Numbered from the stretch's first letter, positions 38,722 through 51,837 are shown. The stretch: DNA of 64,000 nucleotides from an uncultured Gemmatimonadaceae bacterium (GCA_963716745.1 OY970320.1:2560001-2624000); one strand, 5' to 3'. Program-made: numbers and translations. The notes: generated by a model not told the origin, from the letters alone.

Positions 38722-40266
38722 TCAGTCACTCGTGCTGTCCGACGACGTGGACGTCGGCGCCGGTTTCTTGGGCTTCTTCGTCATGTGCCCGTGCATCGTC
38801 CAGATCAGGATCGTGCCGCACGCCGACTGATTTCCCTGGTACTGGATCGGCGTCGTCGTCGCGCTATTGTAGACCTCGATCGCTTCCACTTCGATCGGCG
38901 GGAAGAGCTCGTCCGGGTCGTCCTGGTCGGTCATCTGGTACGGCGCGCCGTCCACGTACCACTGCGCCGAGACGCACGACTGGTTGAGGCGGTTCGACAC
39001 CACGATGTATTGGCCGTTCGAGAACATCACCTTCATGCCCGGCACGCGCCGGAAGATGTCGGTGATCGCGCCCGAGTTCGCATCCTGGATCTGCGACTTC
39101 GTGAAGTACGTGCCCAGGCCGAGCTTCTTGCGCTCGTCGAACCCGGGAATGTCGGTCGTCTCGTTCGCGGTCACGGTCACCGGATCGAGCACCTGCGCGC
39201 GCGCGTCGAGCACCGCGTTCAGATGCGCCTCGCGCACCGTCGACAGGTTCACCACGTAGCTCTTCATTTGGTATGACAGCAGCCGCACTTCAACCTTCTG
39301 CGTGCCGGCCGGCAGCCCAGTCATTCGGAACGCCCCTTTGTAGTCGGCTTTCGCGCTGAGCGACGTGCCCACGAGGAGCACCTGCGCGCCTTCGAGCGGC
39401 GCGCCGTCGGGGCCCATGACGGTCCCGGTCAGTACGGACTTCCCGAGCGGCGCCGGCGGACCCGCCGTGGCCACGGCCGCCTGACCGGTGGCCGCACCGG
39501 CCGCCGCCCCAGCCGCCGCCCCGGCCGCCGGCGCTTTCGCGGTCGTGGCGCCCGGCAAGGGCCGGTCGCCCACGAGGAATTCCTGGATCACGACGCCATA
39601 CGGCTCGAGCGTGAGATCGATGAAGCCGCTCGACTTGGGCCGCTTGCGCGCCTGCGCCCGCAGCGCGATGTGCGCCGGTACGCCGCACAGACGGTACAGC
39701 CCGCTGGAGTCGGCGAAGACGCTCGCGGCCTGCGGGAGCCGCGAGATGCTGGTGTTGCCGATCGCCATCGTGCTCCACTGCACCACCACCAGCGCGCCCG
39801 CGAGCGGCTTGTCCGCGTCCGCATCGCGCACGTCGCCCATGATCAGCGTGTGATCGCCGGACGTGTCGGCCGGACAGAACATCCGCACGATCGTGCGCGC
39901 CGACGGCATCCAGAGATCGACAGTGGCCGAAACGCCGGGCTCCAGCACCACCGTACGCGGCGGCGCGGCGATGCCCATGGTGTCGATCGCGGCGTGGAAG
40001 AACGAGAAGCGCCGCGTTCCGGCGCCGATGCTGTCGAGCGGGATGGTGTAGTGGCCCTTGGCGTCCGTCGTCGAGGTGATCGAAAGACCATCGATCACGA
40101 CGGTCGCGCCGGCGAGCGGCCGCCCCGCCAGACTGTCGTACACGGTGCCGCTCACGGTGGGCGGACCCGCGGCGGGCGCCGTAGCCGCCGCGCCGGGGCG
40201 CACCTGCGCGGCCAGCGCGCCGGCGGCGCACACGATCATCAGGAAGAGAGGGAGCAGTCGGCGCAT
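38722..40266 (-). CDS. Exported protein with three carboxypeptidase-regulatory-like domains and a C-terminal TonB-plug-like domain, without a barrel
   Basis: Repeats of GTVYDS..RPLAGATV / GDVRDA..KPLAGA / GTVMG..PLEGAQV; GFDERKKLGLG, YVDG, EVEAIEVY, CGTILIWT. Confidence 0.75.
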   Translation of the reverse strand: MRRLLPLFLMIVCAAGALAAQVRPGAAATAPAAGPPTVSGTVYDSLAGRPLAGATVVIDGLSITSTTDAKGHYTIPLDSIGAGTRRFSFFHAAIDTMGIAAPPRTVVLEPGVSATVDLWMPSARTIVRMFCPADTSGDHTLIMGDVRDADADKPLAGALVVVQWSTMAIGNTSISRLPQAASVFADSSGLYRLCGVPAHIALRAQARKRPKSSGFIDLTLEPYGVVIQEFLVGDRPLPGATTAKAPAAGAAAGAAAGAATGQAAVATAGPPAPLGKSVLTGTVMGPDGAPLEGAQVLLVGTSLSAKADYKGAFRMTGLPAGTQKVEVRLLSYQMKSYVVNLSTVREAHLNAVLDARAQVLDPVTVTANETTDIPGFDERKKLGLGTYFTKSQIQDANSGAITDIFRRVPGMKVMFSNGQYIVVSNRLNQSCVSAQWYVDGAPYQMTDQDDPDELFPPIEVEAIEVYNSATTTPIQYQGNQSACGTILIWTMHGHMTKKPKKPAPTSTSSDSTSD

Positions 40267-40401
40267 TCGCGAAATCTCACCGGAGGGGCGCTCTATTGTC
40301 GAGGGGCGCGGCCCCGCGCGCCTCACATGCCCTACGTGCTACCCCCGAGCAACGCTGAGGTGCGGTTTGCCGCGAGACTCGCGGCGAGTCAGATTGGGGG
40401 C

Positions 40402-41178
40402 GTGATCGAATCCATCGGACGAGCGGTGCGGCAGCGGGTGACCTCGCTAGGCCAGGTCGGCGAATTCATGGCCGAGACCGGCCGCGGGGTGCCTGAGTTC
40501 AAGACGTGGACGGTGAATGCCATGCAGCAGGCGCGCCGCCTCGGCGTGGATTCCATGCCGCTCGGGCTGCTCATCGCCGCGTTCACCGGTATCGTGCTCG
40601 CGCTGCTCGCGAACTACGCGCTCACCGGCGCCGTACCGCTCTATTTCGTCGGCACGCTCCTCGAGAAAACGATCACGCTCGAGCTCACGCCCGTGCTCAC
40701 GGGGCTCGCGCTCGCCGGCCGCGTGGGCGCGAACATCGCCGCCGAGATCGGCACGATGCGCGTCACCGAGCAGGTCGATGCGCTCGAGACGCTCGCGTAC
40801 GATCCCTATGCGTATCTCGTGGTGCCGCGCGTGATCGCGGGCACGCTGATGTTCCCGATCGTGGTGGGCTGCGCGATGGTCGTCGCGATGATCGCGGGCT
40901 ACATTGCGGCGCTCGGCATCGTAGGCCTCACCACCGCGGAGTTCGAGCAAGGGGTGCGGCTGTTCTACGGCAACTTCGACATCGCGTACGGGCTTGTGAA
41001 GTCGGCGAGCTTCGGGTTCGCGGTGTCGTTCATCGGGTGCATGGCGGGTTTCCGCGCCGAGGGCGGCGCGGAGGGCGTGGGTCGCGCCGCGACGAACGCC
41101 GTGGTCTACTCCGCCGTGATGATCCTGGTGCTCGACGCCTTCTGGGCGATGACTTGGCTGCAGGCGAGGTCCCATTGA
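40402..41178 (+). CDS. mlaE: MlaE-family ABC permease
   Basis: ELTPVLTGLALAGRVGANIAAEIGTMRVTEQVDALE, YLVVPR, GAEGVGRAAT. Confidence 0.92.
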   Translation: MIESIGRAVRQRVTSLGQVGEFMAETGRGVPEFKTWTVNAMQQARRLGVDSMPLGLLIAAFTGIVLALLANYALTGAVPLYFVGTLLEKTITLELTPVLTGLALAGRVGANIAAEIGTMRVTEQVDALETLAYDPYAYLVVPRVIAGTLMFPIVVGCAMVVAMIAGYIAALGIVGLTTAEFEQGVRLFYGNFDIAYGLVKSASFGFAVSFIGCMAGFRAEGGAEGVGRAATNAVVYSAVMILVLDAFWAMTWLQARSH

Positions 41179-41951
41179 TCCGACTCGACAACGTCTACAA
41201 GGCCTTCGGCGAGAAGAAGGTGCTGCAGGGATTCTCCCTCGACGTGAACGAGGGCGAGACCGTGGCGCTCATCGGTTTCTCGGGCGGCGGGAAGTCGGTG
41301 ACGATCAAGCACATCGTCGGCCTGCTCGATCCGGACTCGGGCACCGTCACCGTGGATGGGGAGGATGTGCCGAATCTCCCGCGGAAGGACCTGTACGCGC
41401 TGCGCTCGCACATCGGGTACGTGTTCCAGTTCGCGGCGCTCTTCGACTCGCTCACGATCGGCGACAACGTGGCGATGGGGCTGCGCAAGCAAGGCACGCT
41501 CGGCGAAGCGGACATCCAGAAACGCGTGGCCGAAGCGCTCGCGCTGGTGGACCTTCCCGACACGCAGGAACGATTCCCCGCCGAACTCTCGGGTGGCATG
41601 CGGAAGCGCGTGGGCATCGCGCGCGGCATCGCGCTCCGCCCCAAGTACATCCTGTACGACGAGCCCACGACGGGGCTGGATCCCGTGACGAGTGCCGTGA
41701 TCGACGAACTGATGATCCGCATGCAGAAGCAGCTCGGCGTCACCGGTGTGGTGATCACGCACGACATGCGAAGCGCCTATCGCGTGGCGTCGCGGATCGC
41801 GATGCTGTACGAGGGGAAAGTCCAGCAGGTGGGCACCGTGAAGGAGATCCAGGAGACACGGGACCCGATCGTACGCCAATTCATCGAAGGCCGAGCGAGC
41901 ATCGATCAGGAGAGTGCCGCACGGACCGGAGTGCCCGGAGGAGCGCGATGA
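41175..41951 (+). CDS. mlaF: MlaF-family ABC ATPase
   Basis: GFSGGGKS, FQFAALFDSL, LSGGMRKR, YDEPTTGLDP, ITHD. Confidence 0.93.
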   Translation: MIRLDNVYKAFGEKKVLQGFSLDVNEGETVALIGFSGGGKSVTIKHIVGLLDPDSGTVTVDGEDVPNLPRKDLYALRSHIGYVFQFAALFDSLTIGDNVAMGLRKQGTLGEADIQKRVAEALALVDLPDTQERFPAELSGGMRKRVGIARGIALRPKYILYDEPTTGLDPVTSAVIDELMIRMQKQLGVTGVVITHDMRSAYRVASRIAMLYEGKVQQVGTVKEIQETRDPIVRQFIEGRASIDQESAARTGVPGGAR

Positions 41952-42958
41952 GACGCCAGGATGATTTCGTGGTCGGACTCGTGGTCATCGCCGCCGTAGT
42001 GGCGGTGACCGGCATGGCACTCTGGCTCAGCCGCGCGCAGTTCGGTGCGCGCTCGGCGCCCGTCGTGGCCCGGCTCCGCGAAGTGGGCGGCGCACAGGTG
42101 GGATCGCCGGTCGTGATCCGCGGCGTGGCCGCCGGACGCATCACCGGCATCAACCTCGATGAGAAGACCGGCTGGGTGCTCGTGAAGATCGTTCTCGACA
42201 AGGGCATCACCCTGCCGCTGAATCCGGTGCTGCTGCTGAGCGAGGCGAGTATGTTCGGCCAGTGGCAAGCGACGCTCGAGGAGCGCAACGCGGCGCCGCC
42301 GAACACCGACGTGCAGGCGCAGCTGGATGATCCGGCGGCCAAGCTCAACGGCTCGATCCCGGGCGCCGTGCTCCCGGGCATCGGCGAGTTGTCGGTGGTG
42401 GCCGGCCGCATCGCCGGCGACGTCGAGGCGGTGGCGCACCGCTTCGGCACCGCGTTCAGCGACAGCGCCGCGCGCGAACTGCGCGCGACGATCAAGAACA
42501 TCAACAATCTCTCGACGACGCTCAACACCACCGTCGGCGAACAGTCGAAGAACCTCGACCGCATCGGGGCGCAGCTCGCCGTGACGATCAAGACCATCGG
42601 GTCGGCCGCCGACGCGATCGATCGCACCGCTGACCGGATCGATTCGTCTACCGCGAACGGCCAGTTGAAGGCCTTGGTCACCAACGCGCGGCTCGCGTCG
42701 GAAGACCTGCGCGAGATGGCGGCGCGCCTCAAGAAATCGGCGGGCTCGATCGACACCACCGCCGCGAGCTTCCAGTCCACCATGATCCACACCGACTCGG
42801 TGATGGTGAAGATCAATCGCGGGCAGGGGAGCCTCGGCTTGCTCATCAATGACCCGCGCTTATACCGGGACGCCGATTCGCTGCTCGTCGCGTTCCGGAA
42901 CCTCGCCACCGACGTGAAGGCGCACCCGTCGCGCTATGTGAATGTGAAGATCTTTTGA
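41948..42958 (+). CDS. mlaD: MCE/MlaD-family protein with a long helical tail
   Basis: N-terminal TM; GSPVVIRGVAAGRI; GQGSLGLLINDPRLY; PSRY. Confidence 0.88.
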   Translation: MRRQDDFVVGLVVIAAVVAVTGMALWLSRAQFGARSAPVVARLREVGGAQVGSPVVIRGVAAGRITGINLDEKTGWVLVKIVLDKGITLPLNPVLLLSEASMFGQWQATLEERNAAPPNTDVQAQLDDPAAKLNGSIPGAVLPGIGELSVVAGRIAGDVEAVAHRFGTAFSDSAARELRATIKNINNLSTTLNTTVGEQSKNLDRIGAQLAVTIKTIGSAADAIDRTADRIDSSTANGQLKALVTNARLASEDLREMAARLKKSAGSIDTTAASFQSTMIHTDSVMVKINRGQGSLGLLINDPRLYRDADSLLVAFRNLATDVKAHPSRYVNVKIF

Positions 42959-43431
42959 TGAAGGCGCCGGCGACTCGCGAGGAGACATCGGCGGGCGGCG
43001 TCGTGTACCGGATGATCGCGGGTTCGCCGCAGTATCTGCTCATCCGCGACAGCTACGAGAACTGGGGCTTCCCGAAGGGGCACCTGAAGCAGGGCGAAGC
43101 GCCGGCGGACGCGGCGGCTCGCGAGACGCGCGAGGAGACGGGGCTCAGCCGCCTCGAACTGCAGGGCGAGCTTGGCACCATCGAGTGGTGGTTCCGGTTC
43201 CGCGGGCGCCGGATCCACAAGTACTGCCACTTCTATCTCTTCGAGAGCGCGGAAGGCGACACGACGCCTCAGCGGGCGGAGGGGATCACGGAGTGCGAGT
43301 TCGTTGCGGAACAGGAGGCGATTTCGCGCTTATCGTATGCCAATGCGCGGGACGTGCTGAAGCGGGCCGTTGAGCTGGTCGAGGGCATCGTGCATCGTGC
43401 ATCGCCCATCGATGGAGCGCGGCCGGGATAG
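42958..43431 (+). CDS. NUDIX hydrolase (Ap4A hydrolase-like)
   Basis: SAGGVV; WGFPKGHLKQGEAPADAAARETREETGL Nudix box. Confidence 0.9.
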   Translation: MKAPATREETSAGGVVYRMIAGSPQYLLIRDSYENWGFPKGHLKQGEAPADAAARETREETGLSRLELQGELGTIEWWFRFRGRRIHKYCHFYLFESAEGDTTPQRAEGITECEFVAEQEAISRLSYANARDVLKRAVELVEGIVHRASPIDGARPG

Positions 43432-43463
43432 GGATTCCGACGCACGATGCACAATGCACGATG
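43385..43463. repeat. Inverted heptamer arrays (GCATCGT)n / (ACGATGC)n spanning the NUDIX stop
   Basis: gcatcgtgcatcgtgcatcg ... cgcacgatgcacaatgcacgatg. Confidence 0.75.
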
Positions 43464-43542
43464 AACGCCGGTCCTTGCACGAGCGGGATCCTTGTGACAA
43501 ATTTCACAAGCTGGAACACGACCTCCATCCGAACTCCGAGTT

Positions 43543-45126
43543 ATGGCCTCCGACTCCGCGCTCCGCCCCGCCGAAATCAAGGACATCCTCCTCCGCGAGA
43601 TCGACGCGGCCGACCTCAAGGAACTCGATGTCGAACAGGTCGGAACGCTCCTTGAAGTGAAGGACGGCATCGCCCGCATCTACGGCCTCACCAAGGCGAT
43701 GTCCGGCGAGATGCTCGAGATCAAATCGTCCGAGACCGGCGAAACGGTCACCGCCCTCGCGCTCAATCTCGAAGAAGACAACATCGGCGCCGTCGTCCTC
43801 GGCGATTATCTGAAGCTCCGCGAAGGCGACGAGGCCCGCCGCACCAAGCGCGTGCTCGAAGTGCCGGTCGGTCCGGAACTCGTCGGCCGCGTCGTCGATG
43901 CCCTCGGCAATCCGCTCGACGGCAAGGGCCCGATCAACGCGAAGTTGACGCGGAAGGTCGAGTCGCAGGCGCCCGGCATCATCGTGCGCCAGCCCGTGAA
44001 GGAGCCGCTCCAGACCGGCATCAAGGCGATCGACTCCATGATCCCGATCGGCCGCGGCCAGCGCGAGCTCATCATCGGCGACCGCGCGATCGGCAAGACC
44101 GCGATCGCGATCGACACGATCATCAACCAGAAGGGCACCGGCGTCATCTGCGTGTACGTCGCGATCGGACAGAAGAAGTCCACGGTCGCGGCCACGGTGG
44201 ACAAGCTGCGCGAGATGGGCGCGATGGATTACACGATCGTCGTCCTCGCCGCCGCGTCCGATCCGGCGCCAATGCAGTACATCGCGCCCTACACGGGCTG
44301 CGCGATGGCCGAGTACTTCATGTACCACGAGGGCAAGGCCGCGCTGTGCGTGTACGACGACCTCTCCAAGCAGGCCGCCGCGTACCGCGCGATCACGCTC
44401 GTGCTGCGCCGCCCGCCGGGCCGCGAAGCGTATCCGGGCGACGTCTTCTATCTGCACTCGCGCCTGCTCGAGCGCGCCGCGAAGATCAGCGAGGATCCGA
44501 AGGTCGTGGACAACAAGACGATCTTCAAACCGGGCGGCTCGCTCACCGCGCTCCCGATCATCGAGACGCAGGCCGGCGACGTGTCCGCCTACATCCCGAC
44601 GAACGTCATCTCGATCACCGACGGCCAGATCTTCCTCGAGTCCGACATGTTCAATGCCGGCACGCGTCCCGCGATCAACGCCGGCATCTCGGTGAGCCGC
44701 GTGGGCGGCTCGGCGCAGATCAAGGCGATGCGCTCGGTGGCCGGCCGTCTCCGCCTCGACCTCGCGCAGTTCCGCGAGCTCGAAGCGTTCGCCGCCTTCG
44801 CGTCCGACATGGACAAGGCGACCAAGGCGCAGCTCGAGCGCGGCGCGCGCATCGTCGAAGTGCTCAAGCAGCCGCAGTACCAGCCGATGCCGGTGGAAGA
44901 GCAGGTGATGATCATCTACGCCGCGACGAACGGGCACTTGGACGACATCGCTGTTCCTCGCGTGAAGGCGTGGGAGAAGGATTTCCTCGGCTTCATGAAG
45001 AAGAGCTACCCGCAGGTCGGCATGGCGGTGCAGAAGGAGAAGGTGCTCTCGAAGGAGAACGAGGCCGCGCTCAAGGCCGGCATCGAAGCGTTCAAGAAGA
45101 CGCCCGCCGGCGCGCCGGCCGCGTAA
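43543..45126 (+). CDS. atpA: ATP synthase F1 subunit alpha
   Basis: [43 protein letters not shown]. Confidence 0.98.
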   Translation: MASDSALRPAEIKDILLREIDAADLKELDVEQVGTLLEVKDGIARIYGLTKAMSGEMLEIKSSETGETVTALALNLEEDNIGAVVLGDYLKLREGDEARRTKRVLEVPVGPELVGRVVDALGNPLDGKGPINAKLTRKVESQAPGIIVRQPVKEPLQTGIKAIDSMIPIGRGQRELIIGDRAIGKTAIAIDTIINQKGTGVICVYVAIGQKKSTVAATVDKLREMGAMDYTIVVLAAASDPAPMQYIAPYTGCAMAEYFMYHEGKAALCVYDDLSKQAAAYRAITLVLRRPPGREAYPGDVFYLHSRLLERAAKISEDPKVVDNKTIFKPGGSLTALPIIETQAGDVSAYIPTNVISITDGQIFLESDMFNAGTRPAINAGISVSRVGGSAQIKAMRSVAGRLRLDLAQFRELEAFAAFASDMDKATKAQLERGARIVEVLKQPQYQPMPVEEQVMIIYAATNGHLDDIAVPRVKAWEKDFLGFMKKSYPQVGMAVQKEKVLSKENEAALKAGIEAFKKTPAGAPAA

Positions 45127-45129
45127 CGC

Positions 45130-47465
<2,336 letters not shown>

Positions 47466-47473
47466 GCCGCTTC

Positions 47474-47731
47474 GTGCTCACGATCTCGGTGATCTCCCCC
47501 GAACAGACCCTGTACGAGGGGAACGCGACTTCCGTGGTGGCTCCCGCGTACGACGGGGAAGTAGGTATACTTACCGGGCATGCGCCGCTCATGACGTTGT
47601 TGGGCAGCGGCACGCTGCGCGTCATGAACGGCGCAGCGGAGGAACGGTTCGCGGTTGAAGGCGGATTCCTGCAGGTCGTGGATGATGTCGTTCGCGTCGT
47701 GACCGAGAAGGCGAGTCCCGCTGCACGCTAG
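47474..47731 (+). CDS. atpC: ATP synthase epsilon subunit (short, N-terminal domain only)
   Basis: GEVGILTGHAPL, VEGGFLQV; 85 aa. Confidence 0.92.
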   Translation: MLTISVISPEQTLYEGNATSVVAPAYDGEVGILTGHAPLMTLLGSGTLRVMNGAAEERFAVEGGFLQVVDDVVRVVTEKASPAAR

Positions 47732-47759
47732 TCCACTAACGTTCTCCGGAGACGATACC

Positions 47760-48395
47760 ATGTTGATTCCCCGCACTCGTACGCTGGCCGTGCTCGCGGT
47801 CGGCGCACTGCTCACTCTTGCGGCACCGGTGCACGCGCAGGCGTGGCACTATCCCGCCATGCAGCCGGCGTCGCAGGAACCCAATGAGATTAACGTCCTT
47901 ATCGCCGGCTTCGGTGGTGATTACGGCGAATCGTTCATCGGGCAGTACCGCTGGACGATGGACAAGCGCACGCAGCTGTGGGCCGATGTCGGCGTGTCCA
48001 CGCCCACCGGCTCGACGCTGTTCGACATCGGCATTGCGGGCGGCGTCATGCTGTTGGCGCCGACGCCCGAGCGGCCGATCGATCTGATGGCGACGCTGGG
48101 CATCTATGGCGCCTTCGGCGATGGCTCGGTGTGGCGCATTCCGATCGGCATCAATGTCGGCCACACGTTCATCCTCGACAACAAGCACGCGCTCAAGATC
48201 TTCGGCTTTCCGCGTCTCTCGATCGACTTCTGCTCGAGCGATTGCGGCACCAACGCGAATCTCAATTTCGACGCGGGCGCGAGCTACGATATCACCAGCG
48301 CCATGAGCGGGCGTGCCGCGTTCACGTTCGGAGCGGTGGGAGCGGGAAGCTCGGATGCAGGATTCGGGATCTCGCTGGCGTTCAAGACGAAGTAA
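47760..48395 (+). CDS. Putative outer-membrane beta-barrel protein
   Basis: Signal peptide ending VHAQ; amphipathic strands; C-terminal GISLAF. Confidence 0.65.
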   Translation: MLIPRTRTLAVLAVGALLTLAAPVHAQAWHYPAMQPASQEPNEINVLIAGFGGDYGESFIGQYRWTMDKRTQLWADVGVSTPTGSTLFDIGIAGGVMLLAPTPERPIDLMATLGIYGAFGDGSVWRIPIGINVGHTFILDNKHALKIFGFPRLSIDFCSSDCGTNANLNFDAGASYDITSAMSGRAAFTFGAVGAGSSDAGFGISLAFKTK

Positions 48396-48423
48396 CGCGC
48401 GGTAGACCATTCGTGATCCGAAC

Positions 48424-48456
48424 GAGGGGAGCGGCGCCTAGCGCCGCTCCCCTCTT
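48424..48456 (+). terminator. Intrinsic terminator hairpin
   Basis: gaggggagcggcgc-cta-gcgccgctcccctc. Confidence 0.75.
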
Positions 48457-48462
48457 CGCATC

Positions 48463-48675
48463 AACGGCGTGCGTACCGAGTCGTGCGTGTTCGACCACAC
48501 ACGGCGTAAGTACCGAGTCGTGCGTGTTCGACCACCACGGGCGTGCGTACCGAGTCGTCCTGTGTTTCGTCCGCGACGCGCGACTCGGTACCCACGCGGT
48601 CGGTGGGCCACGGCGCACGACTCAGTACTTACGCACTCAGTGGTCGAACACGCACGACTCAGTACGCACGCCGTT
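48463..48675. repeat. Fold-back element of about 213 bp: three ~37-bp tandem units mirrored by three inverted units (MITE/BIME-like)
   Basis: acggcgtgcgtaccgagtcgtgcgtgttcgaccac units at 48464, 48501 and 48537 (partial); reverse complements at 48581, 48615 and 48640. Confidence 0.9.
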
Positions 48676-48680
48676 TGCAG

Positions 48681-49965
48681 TCAGTCGAGCAGCTCGCCCA
48701 CCATTTTCGCGCTCCGCTCCGCCGCTCCCAGCCCTGATCGTACCATCTCCCGCGCCGCATTCCCCGCGCGCTCGCACTCATCCGGATCGGCAAGCCACTT
48801 CGTGAGCAGTACGCCGAGCGCGTGCGCATCCTGCGCGCTCGCTCCTCCTCCGCACGCGATCAATAGCCCCGCATCGCGGCTCATCGCGAATTGCGGACCG
48901 AACGCCACCGGCGCGCCGAACGCCGCGGGCTCCAGTACCGAGTGCAGCCCCGCGGCGTGGAACCCTCCGCCCACGAGCGCCGCCGCGGCGAGCGCGTACA
49001 ACTCGCCGAGCACGCCCACGCGATCGACGATCACGACGTCGGCCTCGCGCGCGTGGCCGGCGCCGAGGCGTGCCCAGCGTGAGACCCTGCTCGGCCGCCG
49101 AGCGCTCGAGCGGCTCGAGGTGCGCGGCGGTCGGTTCGTGCGGCGCGATGATGAGACGCGCCGCCGGCACGCGCGATCGTACCGCGGTCCATGCGGCGAA
49201 GAGCGCCCGTTCGTCGGCCGGCCACGTCGAACCCGCCACGAGCGTGGGCCGCGGCGACGCGAGCGGCGCGAGCAATGCCCCGTGACGGTCCGCAGCCGCG
49301 GCGCGCGCCCACACTTGATCGTACCGCGTATCGCCGGTCACGCGCACGCGGTTGGCCCGGGCGCCGAGCGCCGCGAGGCCGATCGCGTCGCGCTCATCGA
49401 TCGCGCCGATCGCATCCAGCTGCGCGTACGCATCCCCGAGCACCGCGCGCGCGAATGGCGAGCGGCGTCCCGACGTATCGCTCAGCGTCGCACTAATGAG
49501 GGCGAGCCGCACCGCGCGCGCGGCGGCCTCGCGCGTGAGCGCCGGCCACACGTCGAGTTTGCTGAATACGAGCGCACGCGGGCGCAGCGCATCGAGCATC
49601 GCGCGCGCATCGGCCGCGCGATCGAACGGCAGGTAGTCGGCGGCGTCCACATCCAGCGAGCGCGCGAACGATTCCGCGCTCGGCGAGAAGAATGTGTACG
49701 CGATCTGCGTCGCGGGCCGCTCGCGCCGGATGCGTTCGATCACCGGCCGCGCCTGCAGACCTTCGCCCACCGAGGGTGCGTGCACCCAGAGCAACGGACG
49801 CGCCGGATCGCGGTGCGCGGTGGCCCACTGTGTCCACCGGCCAACGAGGCCGTGACGCGCCGCGAACGTGCGCTGGGTCTTGCTCCCGCCGGCCGGCGCG
49901 ATGTGAGCCCCGAGCTGGGCCGCACGCGCGGCCCCCTCGTACAATAGCGCGACCAGCTTGTGCAC
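48681..49965 (-). CDS. waaA: 3-deoxy-D-manno-octulosonic acid (Kdo) transferase; apparent +1 frameshift near 49074
   Basis: WVHAPSVGEG, TFFSPS, YLPFD, GDTRYD, AGSTW, IIAPHE; then DRVGVLGELY, VGGGF, HSVLEPAAFG in another frame. Confidence 0.92.
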
Positions 49966-49977
49966 GCGGGTCGTGCG

Positions 49978-50613
49978 CTAGGGCTTGGCGGCGGCGCCGG
50001 CGAGCGCAGCGTCCAGTGCCTGGCGGAACACCGCGATCCCCGCGGCGCCCGCGAGCTTGCGGCCGCCGATGAGGAAACTGGGCGTGGAGGTCACACCTTG
50101 ATCCGCCGACTTGTCCATGTCGGCCTGGATCGTGGGCATCATCGCGCCGGATTTGATGCAGGCGTTCATCTCCGCGACGTTCACCCCCACGCGCTGCGCG
50201 AGCGATTCGAACACCGGCGCCGGGTTCGCGAGACTCTCCCACTTCTCCTGGTTATCGAAGAGCAGGTCGGCCATCGGCCAGAAGATCCCCTGCGCTGCTG
50301 AGCACATCGCCGCCTGCGCTGCCGGCATCGCGTTCTTGTGCATCGGCAGCGGGAAGTTCACGTACGCGAGACGGATCTTGCCCGTGTCCACGTACTCTTT
50401 TTTCACAGCCGCGTACGTGGAGTCGTGCCACATCTTGCAGTAGGGGCATTGGAAGTCACTGATCTCGACGAGCCACACCGTCGCGGTGGGGCTGCCCTCG
50501 ATGCGGGCGTGGTCGGCGCGGCGCGCCATCGAATCGGCGGCCGCCTTCTGGGCGGCCGCCGGCGTGGTGGCGAGCGTGACGGCGACAGCGAGCAGCAGCG
50601 GCGATCGGGTCAT
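49978..50613 (-). CDS. DsbA-family thiol-disulfide oxidoreductase
   Basis: Signal peptide; SDFQCPYC; cis-Pro loop GVTSTPSF. Confidence 0.9.
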   Translation of the reverse strand: MTRSPLLLAVAVTLATTPAAAQKAAADSMARRADHARIEGSPTATVWLVEISDFQCPYCKMWHDSTYAAVKKEYVDTGKIRLAYVNFPLPMHKNAMPAAQAAMCSAAQGIFWPMADLLFDNQEKWESLANPAPVFESLAQRVGVNVAEMNACIKSGAMMPTIQADMDKSADQGVTSTPSFLIGGRKLAGAAGIAVFRQALDAALAGAAAKP

Positions 50614-50619
50614 CGGTCC

Positions 50620-51837
50620 TCAGAAATCGGAGTCGAATCGGCGGAGCGTATCGGTGCGTCCGTCGAGCAGATAAGTATAGCCGTCCGCCGATACGATGGC
50701 GGCGGCGAAGCCGAGGTCGCGCGCGACCCCGATCGTGATGAGCATGTCCTGCTTCAGGTCGACGACGTACACGCCGTCGGGACCCGCCGCGACGAACATG
50801 CGCGCGCCCTGGATCGAGACGTCGTACGCGAAGCGCGCAACGGTCCAGCGATGGGCGGCCGTGGGGTGCAGCGGGTCGGCGACATTGAACATGCGCACGC
50901 CGCGCTCGCCGACGGCGACCGCCACGCGTCCGCCGCCGACGGCGATCTTGCGCGCGCCGCCATCGATCGGCAGCGCGGCGAGCCGCTGGAGCGAGTCGCC
51001 GTCCATCCGGAAGGAGACAAGGGAGTCGTCGGTAGCGGCCCATACGACCGACCGCTCGTGATCCAGCGCGAGCGCGCGCACCGGCAATGTGAGCGTGACG
51101 CCGGGCCATGCCATCTCGCTGTCGGCATTCACCGGCGTGATCGTCACGCGGTCGGCGGACGCGGCGATCACGCGGCCGCTCGTCGTGACAATGGCGGCGA
51201 CCTCGCCCGTGTGCACGAGCACGCCGCGCCCGCGGCGCGGCGGGAAGAGGTAGAGTCCGCTCCCCGTGCCTACGGCGAGCCAATTCGTGGACGGCGTGAT
51301 GCCCACGGTCGTGATGCCGATCAAGCCGCGCGCGCGCACATCGCCGGGCAGGAGACTGCGCTGCGAGAAGAACGTCTGCACCCCCTCGCTCGACGCGACG
51401 TCGACCAGCGAGTCATGCGCCGCGAGGGCGACCGGATCGCCGTCGATCTCGATCTCACTGCTTCGCACCGGGAGCGGACGCACGCCACGATACTGCACGG
51501 CGTGGATCTCATCGTACTGTTTCCCGAGCAGGTAACCGGCGATCGCGCCGAGCAAGAATCCGGCGGCCGGGACCGAGTAGGCCGTGGGTTTCTGCGAGGA
51601 GCCGATGGCGAAACCGACGCCGAACCCGACGAGGGCACCGAGGACGGCCATGGATTTCTTGCGCGGCGTGCGCCCGAGCTCCTTGTAGACCGTGTCGGCC
51701 TGGGCACGCGCCGGCGGGGCGATGGTCGCGATGGTGCTGGCGACTACGAGGGCGATGGCGGCCGAGCGGCGGCGGGTCGGACCGCTCGAGATGAACCGGC
51801 GGTGACGCGAAAGTGGAGGCGGACGCAGCAGGTTCAT
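50620..51837 (-). CDS. Hypothetical exported/membrane protein with a beta-propeller (LVIVD-like) C-terminus
   Basis: Signal-like segment, Gly-rich hydrophobic hairpin; repeats AVGERGVRMFNVADP and AAGPDGVYVVDL. Confidence 0.6.
   Translation of the reverse strand: MNLLRPPPLSRHRRFISSGPTRRRSAAIALVVASTIATIAPPARAQADTVYKELGRTPRKKSMAVLGALVGFGVGFAIGSSQKPTAYSVPAAGFLLGAIAGYLLGKQYDEIHAVQYRGVRPLPVRSSEIEIDGDPVALAAHDSLVDVASSEGVQTFFSQRSLLPGDVRARGLIGITTVGITPSTNWLAVGTGSGLYLFPPRRGRGVLVHTGEVAAIVTTSGRVIAASADRVTITPVNADSEMAWPGVTLTLPVRALALDHERSVVWAATDDSLVSFRMDGDSLQRLAALPIDGGARKIAVGGGRVAVAVGERGVRMFNVADPLHPTAAHRWTVARFAYDVSIQGARMFVAAGPDGVYVVDLKQDMLITIGVARDLGFAAAIVSADGYTYLLDGRTDTLRRFDSDF

Noticed and set aside
48463..48675. 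Possible CRISPR array (35-bp repeats)
   Set aside because: Units are separated by only 1-5 nt, with no unique spacers; half are inverted; no cas genes in the window
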